Source of the DNA: Chiloscyllium plagiosum
Taxonomy: Eukaryota
Direction: 5' to 3'
NCBI RefSeq assembly: GCF_004010195.1
Contig: NC_057718.1
Location: 32,385,237-32,440,510 of the forward strand
Length of the DNA: 55,274 nucleotides
Shown here in pieces: positions 12,421 through 25,382 of this stretch. The notes below the pieces were generated by a model that was given only the letters and a program-made list of their open reading frames with translations, was not told the DNA's origin and made no database searches. The position numbers were made by a program, and so were the translations under genes. The first letter of the stretch is position 1. Every line of letters starts with the position of its first letter.

Positions 12421-14349
12421 CTACTCTTTATATACAGAACTAATAAGCTATATAATAACAGTGGCATGTCTTGAAATGCTCATAAAATAACCACAACATT
12501 CAGAAATTACCATTGAAGAAAACTGTTGCTTCTCACAACCTTATATCAATCAGGCATCATTCATAACATCGATAACAGTTGCCTTTCTCTAACTTGTACC
12601 TCTTAATCCTGTCCAGTAAAACAGATATTGAAAAGAAACAAAGTAAACATTTTTGTAACTGCATCACAAAAGTTCAATCAAAACTAACAATGTCCTTTAC
12701 CCTATGTAAATCGAATACTACTGAGCTCATATATTGGGGTGCCTTGGAGTTCAGCCAAGCATTTATAATGAATCTATCTGACAATTTTATCAACATTGCC
12801 AGCTGGCCAAGTCAGGAGTGCGGGGTGCAAGCACTGTCTCTGTGCCTTATCCTCACATGAGCAAACATTGTGGGAACAGGGTGAGTGTGGGAATGGAGGT
12901 ATTGAATCTTGTTTGCCATTTTTAATAAGAAAATCTGGGCTCCTAAATCCAAAAGCACTGATTTTGCTGACCATGCTACACTTAGCAAATGTCAGGTCAC
13001 GGATTATTCATATATCGTGTTCTCGAAGTGTAAGCAATTTCTCTGAAAATCCTCTCCACTTTGGTTGAAACATTGAAAAATAGAGAGGAAACTTCAAATG
13101 AATGTGAACATGTGATCAAAGAGCTAGAGTGAACATTCACCTGTTACACCATTCAATATGGTTGATCTGACTGTAGCCTCAAATCCACTTTCCTGCCTAG
13201 TCTTGATAAACTTTCGCCCCATGCAATATTTATGAAATAGTACTCAAGGATGTAATTTCAGGAACTGAAGCTCCCATTGTTTTCCCTATAAAGGTAAATG
13301 ATCGAGTATCTACCAGTAGGTCATTGGATTTCCAACACGATGATTGCTACAGTTGGAGCACGAGGAGACCAATTCCAGTAGTGGCACAGAAGCCATTGGT
13401 ATAGTGCTCATTCGTTACAATTGAAAACTAAAATACTTAATTTTTCATTTATGTTACAGTGTAACATTCAGAATTTTATCCATCAACCATAAAAAAACAA
13501 TCAGGACCCAGCATTGAAGAACATTAAGCCCACATATCCAAGGTGCTGGGTTGAAAACATGTTAAGTAACAGGAAAACTTGGGATCAAAAGCAAACAGTT
13601 TGCAGGCCTCACTGTTAGAAGCCAAGTTACTTTGCAGTATTCCTTCCTTTATCTCTGGTTGGGAATCCTTGCCAAATTTTATCATGGTAATTACAGCTCT
13701 GAAATGTAAATAGCATTATGCAACCATTTTGGGACATGTTTGTACTTCTTATAGACGTGCTTGCATTGCAAAGAAAATATCTTACAAATCAACAGCAATT
13801 CAAAATGGGGGAGGGAGTGGGGGAGTTTAACAAGCACTGGATGATAATGTGCTATCGTTGATACAGATAAACAAGGATTTTTTTTTAAACCAAGCACAGG
13901 TTATATAACCACAGTATTTATTTTCTTCAATCTTTGGTCTTCTTTAATTGGTGACTGTAGAGCAACAACATGGATGAGCAGTTATTCCATGAATTCCTGA
14001 TAACATGCAACTAGTTTGCCAAGAAATGTAATGTTTGCTGCCTGATATCTGTACATTTGGCACTGAAGACCTTGTGGAAGATTTGATCACCTGTCTATAC
14101 TAGACTTGTTGTGGAAGAAAAATAAAAAATTGATTAGATGAAATGTATCATGTCAAAAGGCATGATACACGGTAGATTTTACTGAGTTGAGCCATAAAAG
14201 CTGGGTTAGGGAGGTCAAAAACTGACCATTGTTTTTCCTCCTGCTGACTGTCCAGTGACCTCTGTTAGAATGTGAAGACTTGTCCATGCAGATTAGAAGC
14301 AAGTTTTGTATCTGCACAGGATTGAACACTCGATAAACCACCTTGCTCT

Positions 14350-14845
14350 TATTCTAACATTCTGTCTGCTGGAGTGTTCCAATGAAGCGCAGCACAAGCT
14401 TGAGAAACAATACTCCATCTTCAACTTTGGCACTTTTCAAGACTTTGCAACTTTACAATTTTCAAGACTCAATATTGAATTCCATACCTTCAGAATTTGG
14501 CCTCATGATGTCAATCCTCTATTTTACTTACATTCTTCTCCTTGCCTTGTTGGTGTCTTGTTTACTTATCTCTCAGCTGAGAAGATCTAATTGCTATCTC
14601 TATCCCTCTTCCACCACAAAGAGCAGCCCCTTTGTCTTCTGCATTGGACCTCAACACCATTTGTTTCCTTGCTCCTCTGTTGAAAGTATAAAATCCATCA
14701 TTTCCCACCACTTTCAGTTCTTAAAAAGAGATATCTTGAACTCAAAGAGTTAACTTTGTTTCTTTCTCCAGAGATGCTGCCAGACATTCTTCCTCCAGTG
14801 TTTTCTGTATTTGTTTCAGATTTTAAGCACAATGTTGCTTTTATT
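14350..14845 (+). mobile_element. Penelope-like element 3' end: GIY-YIG endonuclease C-terminus plus terminal repeat (family C), degenerate
   Basis: LLECSNEAQHKLEKQYSIFNFGT...RLNIEF resembles LLHRQTKATRRLEEERLIFRLGILQPQGMNADF at 39780-39900. Followed by the terminal repeat ctccagagatgctgccagac. Confidence 0.8.
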
Positions 14846-14967
14846 AGAATACTTTTGCTGAAATTTGTCATTTAAGCAAATACATAAAGAGTATTCACTT
14901 AGGTGACGTACTGGGGCATCATCCATCTGCAGAACAATGTCTCAATGTGAACAATGAAAGGATACAA

Positions 14968-15056
14968 AGTAAAAAATCACACAACACCAGGTTATAGTCC
15001 AACAGGTTTAATTGGAAGCAAACTAGCTTTCGGAGCAACGCTCCTTCATCAGGTGA
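14968..15056 (-). mobile_element. Short PLE terminal-repeat copy (family B)
   Basis: aatcacacaacaccaggttatagtccaacaggtttaattggaagc...tccttcatcaggtg; same family as 27024-27100. Confidence 0.88.
15020..15055 (-). ncRNA. Minimal type-I hammerhead ribozyme motif in PLE repeat
   Basis: cac-CUGAUGA-a-GGAGC-guu-GCUCC-GAAA-GC-UA-guu; core and stem II intact, stem I only 2 bp. Confidence 0.65.
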
Positions 15057-15279
15057 GTTTTCTTGCTATTTTTTCACCAAATGCTCTGCATTAATTACCT
15101 GCCACTCCTGGCCTCTTCTCACCATACACTACTCCCAGAATAACTCACCACTCAGCAGATATCCTGGAATTCATCTACATCTCTTGCACCCGTGTAACTT
15201 TTAAAAGTCCATTAAGTACCCAGACAAACAGTATTAGCCCAGAGCTGCCCTCCACCATTCCTGATGTTTGCCCGCTTGC

Positions 15280-15370
15280 TCAAGAGGGGGAGATTGGTGC
15301 CCTGATTTGCAGATATGGACATGGAGGTCCTGTTGAACAGGCTGGTGCAGAGGTATGCCTTCCTCAACCT
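15280..15370 (+). mobile_element. PIF/Harbinger-type Myb/SANT-like ORF relic
   Basis: GRLVP*FADMDMEVLLNRLVQRYAFL resembles the R.PRF...LEVLV..V..RR.VL start of Harbinger Myb/SANT proteins. Confidence 0.55.
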
Positions 15371-15729
15371 TCTCTGCTACACAGGCGTAAGTGTGACCAC
15401 CTTCTCTGTGATATCTTAAACTGACTTTGTCTCTGCTATTGTAGCCGTTTCCCAGCAAGGTTCACGCTCTACCACTCTCACTAATGCCTGCAACTAAAGC
15501 CTTTGCTCACAAGCTGCCACTTACCTCATTTCCTGACACCGCTGACCCTGTATGACCTCTGTGCTGCCTATTCACTCCATTGGGCACTTCCCCAGAAAGT
15601 AGCAGCTGTGCCACCCACTTCCATCTCCTTTCTATCCCTCACGCCGGCCCACAGCAGAACCGAAAGATTCAAAACAGCTGGTGGGTTCCCCTACATTCAG
15701 CTCTTTACCCCTTTTGTGGAGAGCATTCT

Positions 15730-15915
15730 GACTCTGACCACCCCAGTAATGCTTCTGAGTGTCAGGGGCAATGTTGAGATGCTCTTTTGCTGGCACTTAT
15801 GTCACATGCCACTTATTAGCCCAAGCCTGAATATTGTCCTCTTGCTCCATTTGGACTCAGACTGCTTCATCATCGAAGGAATGCTGATAAACATTGTACA
15901 ATCATCATTGATCAT
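15730..15915 (-). mobile_element. Family-2 LINE RT fragment
   Basis: tgccacttattagcccaagcctgaatattgtcc is homologous to 32154-32186. Confidence 0.7.
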
Positions 15916-15984
15916 GAATTAATATTTTCTTCATGGATCAAATGGTATACTATCTCTGTACAACTAAATTAATTCATCAGGGGA

Positions 15985-16112
15985 CATGATTTGGAGATGC
16001 CAGTGTTGGACTGGAGTTTATAAAGTTACAAATCACACAACACCTTATGAAGGAGCAGCGCTCCAAAAGCTAGTGCTTCCAATTAAACCTGTTGGACCTG
16101 GTGTTGGGTGAC
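15985..16112. mobile_element. Inverted-structure PLE terminal-repeat copy (family B) with exact 12-bp TSD
   Basis: TSD ttcatcagggga at 15973-15984 and 16113-16124. A minus-oriented tail is joined to a plus arm starting atgaaggagcagcgctccaaaagctagtg. Confidence 0.88.
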
Positions 16113-16157
16113 TTCATCAGGGGATCATTCTCAATATGCTTCAATGCAAAGTTCATG

Positions 16158-16257
16158 AACAAAAGCAGAAATTGCTGGCAAAACTCAGCAGGACTGGCAG
16201 TATCTGTGAAAAGAACGGAGAAATAACATTTCAAGTCTGGTGACTTTTCATCAGAAC
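16158..16257 (-). mobile_element. Short PLE terminal-repeat copy (family C) with hammerhead-like core
   Basis: Minus strand gtt-CTGATGA-a-aagtc-acca-gactt-GAAA-tgtt followed by the family C tail. Confidence 0.75.
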
Positions 16258-17099
16258 CAATTTCATGGTATCTGTTTCAGCCTTTTGTCCTTTCAAGGTA
16301 GAAATCTTTCATAATCTGTGTGCAGAATAATTTTCAGTACTCCGAAATCATTCAGCTTACATATCTGAAACACCTGCAATTCTATCACCCGGCTTAATTT
16401 CTGTCATTAATGATCTGTATTCATCGTCTGCCCCAAGGCATCGTTGTAATGTCATATTGTAAAACCTGATCTCGTTTGGATTGCAGAGATTGTCCTCACT
16501 TCCAGTCTTATTCTCAGCTTTCAAAAATTGGCAACAGTCAGAGCTGGTTTTGATTTCATCTGAACACTTTCCTGTATCTTTATTTCTTTTTGACAGATAG
16601 ACAAATATTTCCACATTAATTAGCTTACATATGATGGCAATCTTAAGGCTGTCAAATGATCTTCATACAAAAAAAAATTATCCTTTATGTTTCAGTTTTA
16701 CGGCTCGCTTCTTTCATAATTTATATTTATCACCTCTGGAAGACCATCACTATTTCATTAATAGTGGCCTGGCTTTTGTGGTCAGCCGTGAAGAGGCAGC
16801 ATTCCCAGCTGACCTCGAATAAATAGATCCACAAAGGTTAAGTGCACTCCAGAGTTTAGTTTCCTCTGGTCCAATATCACTTTCACTTTGGCAGCACTAA
16901 TAGAGGATCTGTAGTATCCAACAGATTTGAACATGTCTGGAAAGGCTAAGGTTTATTGACCTTCTCTAATTGTCCTTGTTGCCTTCTTAAAACACAGCAA
17001 TCAATATGCTATGGATACACCCAGAGTGCTATTAGGACAGATGTTCCACGCATTTGCCCTCGTGTTGGTGGAGAAACAGTGATGTCTTCTCAAGTTTTA

Positions 17100-17790
17100 T
17101 TGTGTGAATGGAGGGAAGTGGTGATGTTCCTGTGTGCTTGCTGCATTTATCCTTCCCGATGGTGGAGGTGAGTTTGAGAGGTGCTGTTGAAGATTTGGCA
17201 AGTTGACGCAGACATAGCTGGCGAGTAGGAGCCATGAGTATTTACGGTGTGGGTAAGATGTTAGTTAAGCAGCCTGTTTGTTCTGGATGGTGCCAAGGTT
17301 CTTGTCTGTTGCTGGAAAAGTAGGAAGGGAAGCAGGAGACATCCAGGAAAGTGAGCAGTATCATGCCACATTCTCAAACAGCTTGGCAGATGCAAGAGAT
17401 GAGTTATCACCACAGAATTCCTGGCACCTGACCTGCTGTTGTCCACAACACTGTTATGCAATGTTCAATTTCGTTTTCGGTGAGAATGATTCTGAAAGTG
17501 TTGAAGTTTCTGCCCCTTAAGTGGTTCTTGACTGAATCCATGCAGACTGTAATTCTGCAGCCTGTGAAGGAGCAGCATATCACTGTCAGCAATTTCTCAA
17601 TTTCCACGGCCAGGTCTGCCCAGGCAGAGATCCATCAGTGTTCCTGTGAAGTGCCTCAGGAGGTTTAATGCCTTGAAGATGCAGTGTTCATGCAAACTGT
17701 TTTTGTTGTTGATGAGAGAGCTATAATGTGGATATTTTAGCTGTTTACTCATGCCACTAGACTTGGATTGAAACTGAATTACAAATTTCA
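17100..17790 (-). mobile_element. Family-2 LINE ORF2 3' part, very degenerate
   Basis: Colinear similarity to 31610-32030, e.g. ctggatggtgccaaggttcttgtctgttgctgga vs ctggatggtgtcaagctccttgagtgttgttgga. Confidence 0.6.
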
Positions 17791-19419
17791 TGTAGGATCC
17801 TTAAAACTAAAAGGGATTGTTAAGACTTTTTAAATATACTCGTCTTATCACTGTGTACTTCACTCAAAATCATATGGCAAAGGAACAGTACACTAACCAG
17901 CTGCATGACTGATGGTCATCTTTTATTTGTAAAGTAATTATTTTCAAATTTTAGATGCCTGTTTTGCTGCTGACAAGTTGTTGTTGTGCTTTTTCTATGT
18001 ATCTGATCAAAAACGTTTTTTTTTTGTAAAGCATCCTTTTTGTGTTAATTTATTACATCAGTGAAAATCTACTCAATTACTAACTGCCTTTTCTCATTTC
18101 TGACAAGAAACATGAGAATCCAGGTTGAGTTTCTGGTAAACAAAGTGCAGTTTAGTTACTTCTAGCCGTATTTAGCAGCACAGAGGCTGTTTATGTACAA
18201 AGTGACAGCAGCTGTCCCTTCCAAGTACCAAGTCAGCTTGTTTTTGTCATCATAAATTATCGTTTAAAAAAAAATTGTAAATGCAGGAACGATAGCTATT
18301 AAAAGAAACAGCACATGTTATTCAGATTACATGATTGCATATAATTTTGAACAGAGGTAGGAAACCCAAATGTCAGAGAGAAAGAAATTGTCTATCAAGA
18401 TATGAAGAGGAAAGGAAATTAATCAGTAACCTTTGTGTTGATCTAAATATATGGCAGAGTGGCTGTGACAGTTAAGATAAGCTGGTCTTATTTTCCTATT
18501 TGATGAGTGCATTACTGAATTAATGGCCTTTGTCAACAATTTGAATTTTCCTTATTCAATATTTGCAATCCATATTTCCAATCTGACTCAATTAATTTGC
18601 CATGTGCCACAAGATTTGGCATCATACAACTCAATGTTTAGACATCACCCCTGCCATTTTGCCTCCGAAATGGCACCTACTCAAAACACTATTTTGATGA
18701 GGGCATTAGTGGTCACACAGAGAGCAATCTGCCTTAAACAGTAGCCCAACACTGCCATCAAGCAATGTATAACACTGGTGCCTGAGCTAACATTTTAAAG
18801 CTTAAAGCTCCAGCTAAAGTCTTTATAGCTGAACAAGCATTCAGCAACAGGAAGGATCTTCCAGCAATATTTAAAAGGATTATTAACTGCATACACTTTT
18901 GTTGCTGATTGATTTCTACTTGTGCAGTTTGCGCAATTGTTGGGGTTTTGGTGGTTTCTAGAGTAGTTTGCTAAAGCTACACACATGTGATAAAGGGTTT
19001 GAGTCTGAGGGTTATGCACAAGATCTATGTGCCCATACCAAATGCAGTATATCATCCTGTGCATCATTCAGTTTCCTGGCAGCAGTGATGATGACTTCAT
19101 TTTGCATCATTTCACTGTTGCATCTGAATTTGAATCAGAAAGACAAACCGCAGAGCACCTTCGAGGCATCAGGGGATATTTTTTGATAACATGGCTAATG
19201 AGTCTGGTGCACAGAGCATATGCATATGTGGATGCATGTATCTATTGAAAGCTGCTGCTACACAACATATGATGGGGTACATCATCAGAGTGTTTAAAGA
19301 AAGCTTCCACTACCTTGACTGCTCTGAAGGAGACCTGTGGTACTCAGAACAGTGACTGTTAGGAATCATGGCAGTTAGGAATCATGGCAGTGTCCTGCTA
19401 ATTGCAAACATCGCCATCA

Positions 19420-19775
19420 TAAAGCCATAGAACCACGGAATAGTTACACCACAGGAATATGCCATTTGACCCATCAGTTCCATGCCTGCTTCTGAGATAG
19501 TGATAGTATTGTAGAATTTTACAGTACAGAAGGAGGCAATCGACCTATCATGTCTGCATCAGCTACTGAAAGAGCTACCTAGCTAGTCCCAATCTCCAGC
19601 CCTACCTCTACAGCCATCTAACTTCATAAAATAGATATTCATCAAATCCTTTTCTGCTGCCCTTTCCCTGTTACACTGCAACTTTTCTTCAACTATTTAA
19701 ATTTCTTTTAAAAGCCATAACTGATTCTGGTTCCCCCACACTCTTCAGGCAGTACATGCCAAAATCTAGCCATTC
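19420..19775 (-). mobile_element. Two nested or adjacent CR1 3'-end fragments
   Basis: catagaaccacggaatagttacaccacagga...gccatttgacccatc and ttacagtacagaaggaggcaatcgacctatcatgtctgca are reverse-complement CR1 3' termini. Confidence 0.65.
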
Positions 19776-20314
19776 ATGAGGGCACACCTTTGTCACCAGC
19801 TGTAGAGTGATCAGGAAAAGCACACAGGGATAATGGTAAGGAGGAAGAGGAGGGAGGAGGAGTCAATGAGCGTACCCCCCTTGCTGACTGTCTCTCAAAC
19901 TGAACATAAAATTCTACCATACTATGATTGCTGCTGCCTTGGGGCATAATCTTGATGAGGTCATTGATTAATTTTGTTTCATTACACAATACCAGGTTCA
20001 GTAATAGCCTACTTTTCAGGTTGATTCCAGAACACTTTGTTCTAAGAAACTAATCCAAAACCATTCTGATTTCACCCATCTGACTTTTCCAGTCTATATG
20101 TAAATTAAATCTCCCTTGATTATTGCCATGCCTTTCTGACAAGCACTTGTTATTTCTTTCCTTGTACTCCCACCTTCCTTTGTGGTTACTGTTAAGCGAC
20201 CTGTATATCACTCTCACAAGTGGTATTTCACCATAATCATTTCTCATTTCTGACCATACTGCTTTTACATCCTGGTTTCCTGAACTAAGGTCATCTTTCT
20301 CCACTGTGCTAATT

Positions 20315-20718
20315 GTGGTTGGGGAGACAGTAATGTTGTGTTAATGTAATTGGCATAGAATTCTAGAGCTGCAGACAGGATGTGGGTTTGATTCCTACCA
20401 AGCCAGCTGGTAAATTCAATTTTTAGAAATCTAAAAATGAAAAGCAGTTCTAATGGTGGCCATATGTGGATTGTTGTTAAAAGCCTCTCTGGTTCACCAT
20501 AAAAGTCCATCTGATTCACTAAGATATCCTGGTAGAGAGAGAAATCTGCTACCTGTACCTGGTCTTGTCGACATGTGACTCTGGACTAACAGCAAGATTG
20601 ACTTTACCTGACTTTTGAAATGGCCTAGATATTCAACAGTTCAAAAGGCAACTAAGTCTTTAATAAATACTAACCTTGCTAGCACCAACCACATCCCATT
20701 CAAAAATAAAGAAAAAAG
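20315..20718 (+). mobile_element. Old tRNA-headed SINE sharing its 3' tail with the family-2 LINE
   Basis: B-box-like gggtttgattcc near 20385. The 3' end aaggcaacta...aataaatact...gctagcac...cacatcccat+A-rich matches family-2 LINE 3' ends (48110-48180; reverse complement of 31390-31460). Confidence 0.7.
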
Positions 20719-20773
20719 TCAACAAAGCTATCCCTCTACTTTTCCACGATTCTGACATCATGTCCCTTTTTTT

Positions 20774-21099
20774 TTAGATTAGATTAGATTACATTACAGT
20801 GTGGAAACAGGCCCTTCGGCCCAACAAGTCCACACCGACCCGCCAAAGCGCAACCCACCCATACCCCTACATTTACTCCTTACCTAACACTACGGGCAAT
20901 TTAGCATGGCCAATTCACCTGACCTGCACATCTTTGGACTGTGGGAGGAAACTGGAGCACCCGGAGGAAACCCACGCAGACACGGGGAGAACGTGCAAAC
21001 TCCACACAGTCAGTCGCCTGAGGCGGGAATTGAACCCGGGTCTCTGGCGCTGTGAGGCAGCAGTGCTAACCACTGTGCCACTGTGCCACCGTGCCGCCC
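20774..21099 (-). mobile_element. HE1 SINE (V-SINE), near full length
   Basis: tRNA-like head gggcggcacggtggcacagtgg...ggttcaattccc; V-domain tgtgtggagtttgcacgttctccccgtgtctgcgtgggtttcc; HER1-type tail; (tctaa)n end. Confidence 0.93.
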
Positions 21100-22904
21100 A
21101 TCCTTTCTATGATGGTTTCCAAACCATTCTCTTTCATTTCCATTTGTGCCATTAGTTTCATATGCAGAGCCTTTATTTTTGTCCTTTTATTATCTTTGTA
21201 AGTTCCACCTTTTTTCTGTTTATGTAGACTTATGTTTGCACTCTCTATTCCTTCCTGCCCTATTATGTTTATAATTTCCCAGATTAATACATTTCTTTCT
21301 TGCCTTGACTTTACTCTTTGATATTATCATGTCTTTCTGAATTTGATTCCCATTCAGTTTAAAACCTTCACTACTTCTGCAGTTATATGGCTCACTAGAA
21401 TACTGGCCATAGCATCAGTATAGATTGTTCCAACTGTACAGTTCCCACTTACACTAGTACAGCTACCAGTACCCCAGCAGCCTTTGAGTCACAAGCTCAT
21501 TTCTGATATCGTATTTTCCCTAGGATCATTTACACTTGACTGAGGTAAGAAATCCAGGATGGTAATAACCCTTTCAAGTTCACCTTCTTTATTGAATGCC
21601 TAGTACCTTCTAATGATTAGGCAGAATTTCTTTCCTTGTCCTGCCTTTGTCTTTGATTCCTTTGCTGATCATGGTGACAGGATTTATCCCCTTTCATTTC
21701 CCCTCTCACTGCAAGTTCCTCTCCATGACTAACCAGGTTCTCAAATTCTGGAACAAAGCAGGTAACACAGTTTTTTGTACTTTTGTTCTTTGCTGTGAAG
21801 AGCAATGTTGGTCCTCTTCACTATACTGTTCCCTACATCTATCTCATTCCTTTTCGTTCCCCACTCACATGGCTTCCTGTACCACAAAGTGCTGTGGTCA
21901 GTTAGTCCATCCACCCTGCAGCTCTCGCTTTCATTCAGAACTTGACACCTGTTGGACAGTTGCAAAAGCTGAGCATCCTGCACTCCTCTCCCCTCCTTGC
22001 CAGCTTCATCTGCAAACATGCTCCTTTGACCCTGAGCACTGATGAAATCAGACGTCTCTTTCCTAATAGGTGCATCTGCTTCCAGGTACAAAATATCCAA
22101 GGAGAATTCCCCCTCCCTATTGCGTTGCACTGCCTGCAGCTCAATGAATCTGAGTCAAAGTTTCCTGAGCCTCAAATCTTAACTGCAGACATGTCTGCCC
22201 TGGATCACACTATCATCCAAGAGTCCCCACATGCTGCAGCCATGACACACCTTAATGTGTTTTAATTAATTATTTCATTATTTTGTTCAACTATTTATTT
22301 TTGCTTTTTATATATTTTATTACCAACACCTTTTAAAAATATTTTGAACCCATGGAATAGACGTTAATCACTTATTACATTCTCATCAAAGGAGAGAAGC
22401 ACGGGGTCAGTTTATGGTGAGCAGATTTACAAACTCCCTCCTGTAGTTTGTAAATCTGAATAGATTGTGTGATAAGATGTAACTAGGATGGGAGAAGGCA
22501 CATTCTAGAGTGAGAACACCATAATCTTCGGTTGTTTCAGCATGACACCAACTACAACCTCAGTCATGATGATCAGCATTACAGTAATTCCGCCATGTGG
22601 ATAAGGACATGCAACTGAGGCTGTCCCGACTGCTTGGATTTTTCTACCTCCAGCTGTGTGCTGCCTTGTCTTACAAGAAAGAGGGCACTGTGCCAGTGAA
22701 TGTGGCACAGTGTAGTTTGGTGATTTGGCTGCTATGGATAATTAGCTGTCATCATGTGCAAGTTGTAAAATGTGGGTAGCAGGTTTGTAGCAGTGTGAAG
22801 TTGAGGTGATTGTTAAGTATATGAGGTGAGTGATGCAAATGTGGTACTTTGAGCAGTGTGTGAAGTTAATGATGCAGTTGGTTGGGACATGACATTAGAA
22901 CATA

Positions 22905-23130
22905 TACTCATTTGACTGTAATCACTCATATGAGGTAAGTGAATTTTATACAACTCTACTTTAGGGTCCTCAATGGTTGACTCTTGGGCATTGGTGACCA
23001 TAACTATCTGCGTTCCCCTGGCATCTGCAAGTTTGCCCAGGGAGATCCAAACTCCCTGCCAAGTTCTTCACCAAGGCTTTCAGCACAGCATGGCAGAATC
23101 TTGGAGCTCACACCGACATTTTGTGCCATG
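22905..23130 (-). mobile_element. PIF/Harbinger-type Myb/SANT-like ORF relic
   Basis: Minus-strand pieces MAQN..., APRFCHAVLKALVK and LRTLK*SCIKFTYLI*V resemble APRFSDAALEALV...PRTWMQCRKKFNDL. Confidence 0.55.
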
Positions 23131-24871
23131 ATTAACTTTTCCCTTATTAAGAATCACTTTGGAATGGCTTCCAGTGTCCTGCTGCAACTACAGTGCACCT
23201 CCCCTTTAAGAGTTGTAGGCTGCCTTTTTTGACATGAGCCCCTTTTGATTTTGTGTCCCCTGCTCAGGCCTGCATCCACTCTATAAAAAACTTAGTGTCA
23301 GCTGCACTTTGTGGTCATTCAAACTAACAGGCAGGAGAAAGTTTCTGTGGTTCCTGTACCGGAAGCACCAGGAAATGGATCGTTGTACCATCGTGATCCC
23401 AGCACCATTTTTCAGAGTCTTGGGCATGGTGTTTTGAAGCTGGACATTGCATCTATCTTGTACGCCATGTATTATTAATTCACTCACCACAGCTTCGTGA
23501 TTGTATGCATCAGTGAGCATCACATTATCATTTCCATCTCTTTTATTAAGAAACCTCATCTGCAACTGAGGGGCGCATTCTGTCTGTCTATGAGCCAGAG
23601 GAGCCTTCGGGTGAGAGTAAGCAATTATAGTTCAATACAAAACAAAGATTTCAATGTAGCACAGTCGATATTTCTTTTCTCTCAGTGAAATATAACATGT
23701 CAGTGAGAAAGAATGAAAATCTGCAAACCTCAAAAACAAAAAGTGTTGGGGACAACCCAGAGGGCAGTCAACATCTGAGAGAACAAAACAGATTCATAAT
23801 ACAAGGTGTTCTATCAGAAACACTGCCTGTCATTCCTCTTCCAGAAGCAGCGGGCTTGTGGTTTTCTCATGATTTCTGGTTTTCATTTTGCATGTTTACC
23901 CCCACAATTAGTGCTAACTGTTGTTTATTAACAACAGCATGCTTGCTTTAAATCTGTATTTATATTGTGTTGACTGTGGTTTGTCTTACATTGATGGCAC
24001 AGCAATCTCACATATCAACCTAGAGGGTCAATAGCATTGAAGATAATCCACCATTCTTTCTTTAACACTGGGTAAAGGAGTGGATCAGAAAGAGCTTGTA
24101 AACTCAAATTGAGGATTTCATTTCATCTTCTGCTGCACTTCAAATGTTTTGTGCTGTACTTCCTGAGAGGCAAGCAGCTGAAATAATCTTTCATTGTTTA
24201 AGTCTTTTTCAACAGAGATGTAGGAATGTGTTTTTGTTGGCACACTGATAGGGCTATCCACCTGACTGGGTTAGTCTCTACTTTGTAAGAGCTCACTGGG
24301 GCTGTGTGAACTGGTGCTTGACTTGCTTTATTTTTTCCTACTTTTGATTACAGTAGAAAACAGCAGAGCACCCGTTGAAATTTGTAATGACCGCATCAAG
24401 AGAGAACTTTTTATAAGTGCACGGGTAGAAGTTCAGGAGGTCAAGCATATTTCCTTTCTTTGACATTGTTTATGTCTTGCACATAGGAGTGTTCAGTGAA
24501 ACTAATTTGCAATTCTCCTTTGTTGTTTTTTGAAGAAAAACCCTTTGGTTGCAAACTGTTAAAGTGCATTATAATATGTCTGTGGTTGTTTGATGATAAT
24601 GTTTGTGCCTTGCCCTATTTAACAAAACTCTACTTGATATACAGAGATTGTGGATGGGACTGGGAATCACCATTCAGAGACCCTATAGTCAGTGGCACTT
24701 CTGGTGTTGAACCTGATGTTTTGTTGCGACTGTATATTTTATAGACTCTTGGCAGGTTGTGGGGGGAGGTGTCAGATTTTCATGGCTGTGTTGAGTTGGG
24801 TAGAAGAAGCTCATCTGCAGCCTGACTCCAATGCACCAGTTACCAAGTTTAAAGATGCCATGTAAAATTGC

Positions 24872-25078
24872 CATGATTTTGAGGTACTGGTGTTGGACTG
24901 ACATGAACAAAGTTAAAAATCACACAACACCAGGTTACAGTCCAACAGATTTATTTGGAAGCACTAGATATTGAGGCTCTGCCTCTTTAGCAGGTGGTTG
25001 TAAGAGGCAGCACTTCAAAAGCTAATACTTCCAAATAAACCTGTTGGACTATATCCTGGTGTTGTGTGATTTGTAACT
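24872..25078. mobile_element. Palindromic PLE terminal-repeat copy (family B), hammerheads decayed
   Basis: Inverted arms about 24907-25000 and 25003-25078. TSD atgtaaaattgc (24860-24871) / atgtaaagttgc (25079-25090). Confidence 0.85.
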
Positions 25079-25382
25079 ATGTAAAGTTGCATATGAGTAA
25101 CTCGCTCACACGTGTTAGCATGATCATTGGCCCTTAACTCAGCATTTGACTGTGTGGGGAGGGGTCTTTCAAATAATTTATTATTCTTTTGGATTTAACA
25201 TTTAGACCATTTGTTTCCTGGGACTCAAATCTCACCAGTATAAAGGAGGGAATCTTTCATAAAACTCGTGAAGAGCCAAAAGGGCCTCTTAAAGAAGGCA
25301 GAGAGCTCAGCATCAAAAGATGGCCTGGCCGTGGGACAAAGGCTTCATGAACTAAATTGAGAGCCATGTTTGAAGCTACCCA

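Larger units (their letters stand above)
19890..22255 (-). mobile_element. CR1 LINE 5' half (ORF1 zinc finger and esterase-like C-terminus, ORF2 AP endonuclease), interrupted by two SINEs
   Basis: VCHGCSMW...HVCS at about 22250-22185; ORF1 end ILVSHITAEVVKVLN* at about 21400-21355; endonuclease KAVWSEMRN...VIYRSLNS...FNLHIDW and CNETKLINDL...GSSNHSMVEF at 20304-19900. Confidence 0.8.

Noticed and set aside
12796..12890. Strong donor-like cagg|gtgagt at about 12881
   Set aside because: No matching acceptor or recognisable peptide upstream
16357..16614. 85-aa minus-strand ORF ending near a GTAAG donor-like site
   Set aside because: No convincing acceptor and no recognisable homology
21020..21099. 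tRNA-like sequence (also 37560-37630)
   Set aside because: These are HE1 SINE heads, not tRNA genes
24960..25030. Hammerhead motifs in this copy, and at 9980, 16045, 33540, 36593, 40177, 42700-42750 and 52620, as active ribozymes
   Set aside because: Core bases are mutated or truncated (e.g. GAAA to AAAA, missing CUG), so they are counted only as relics
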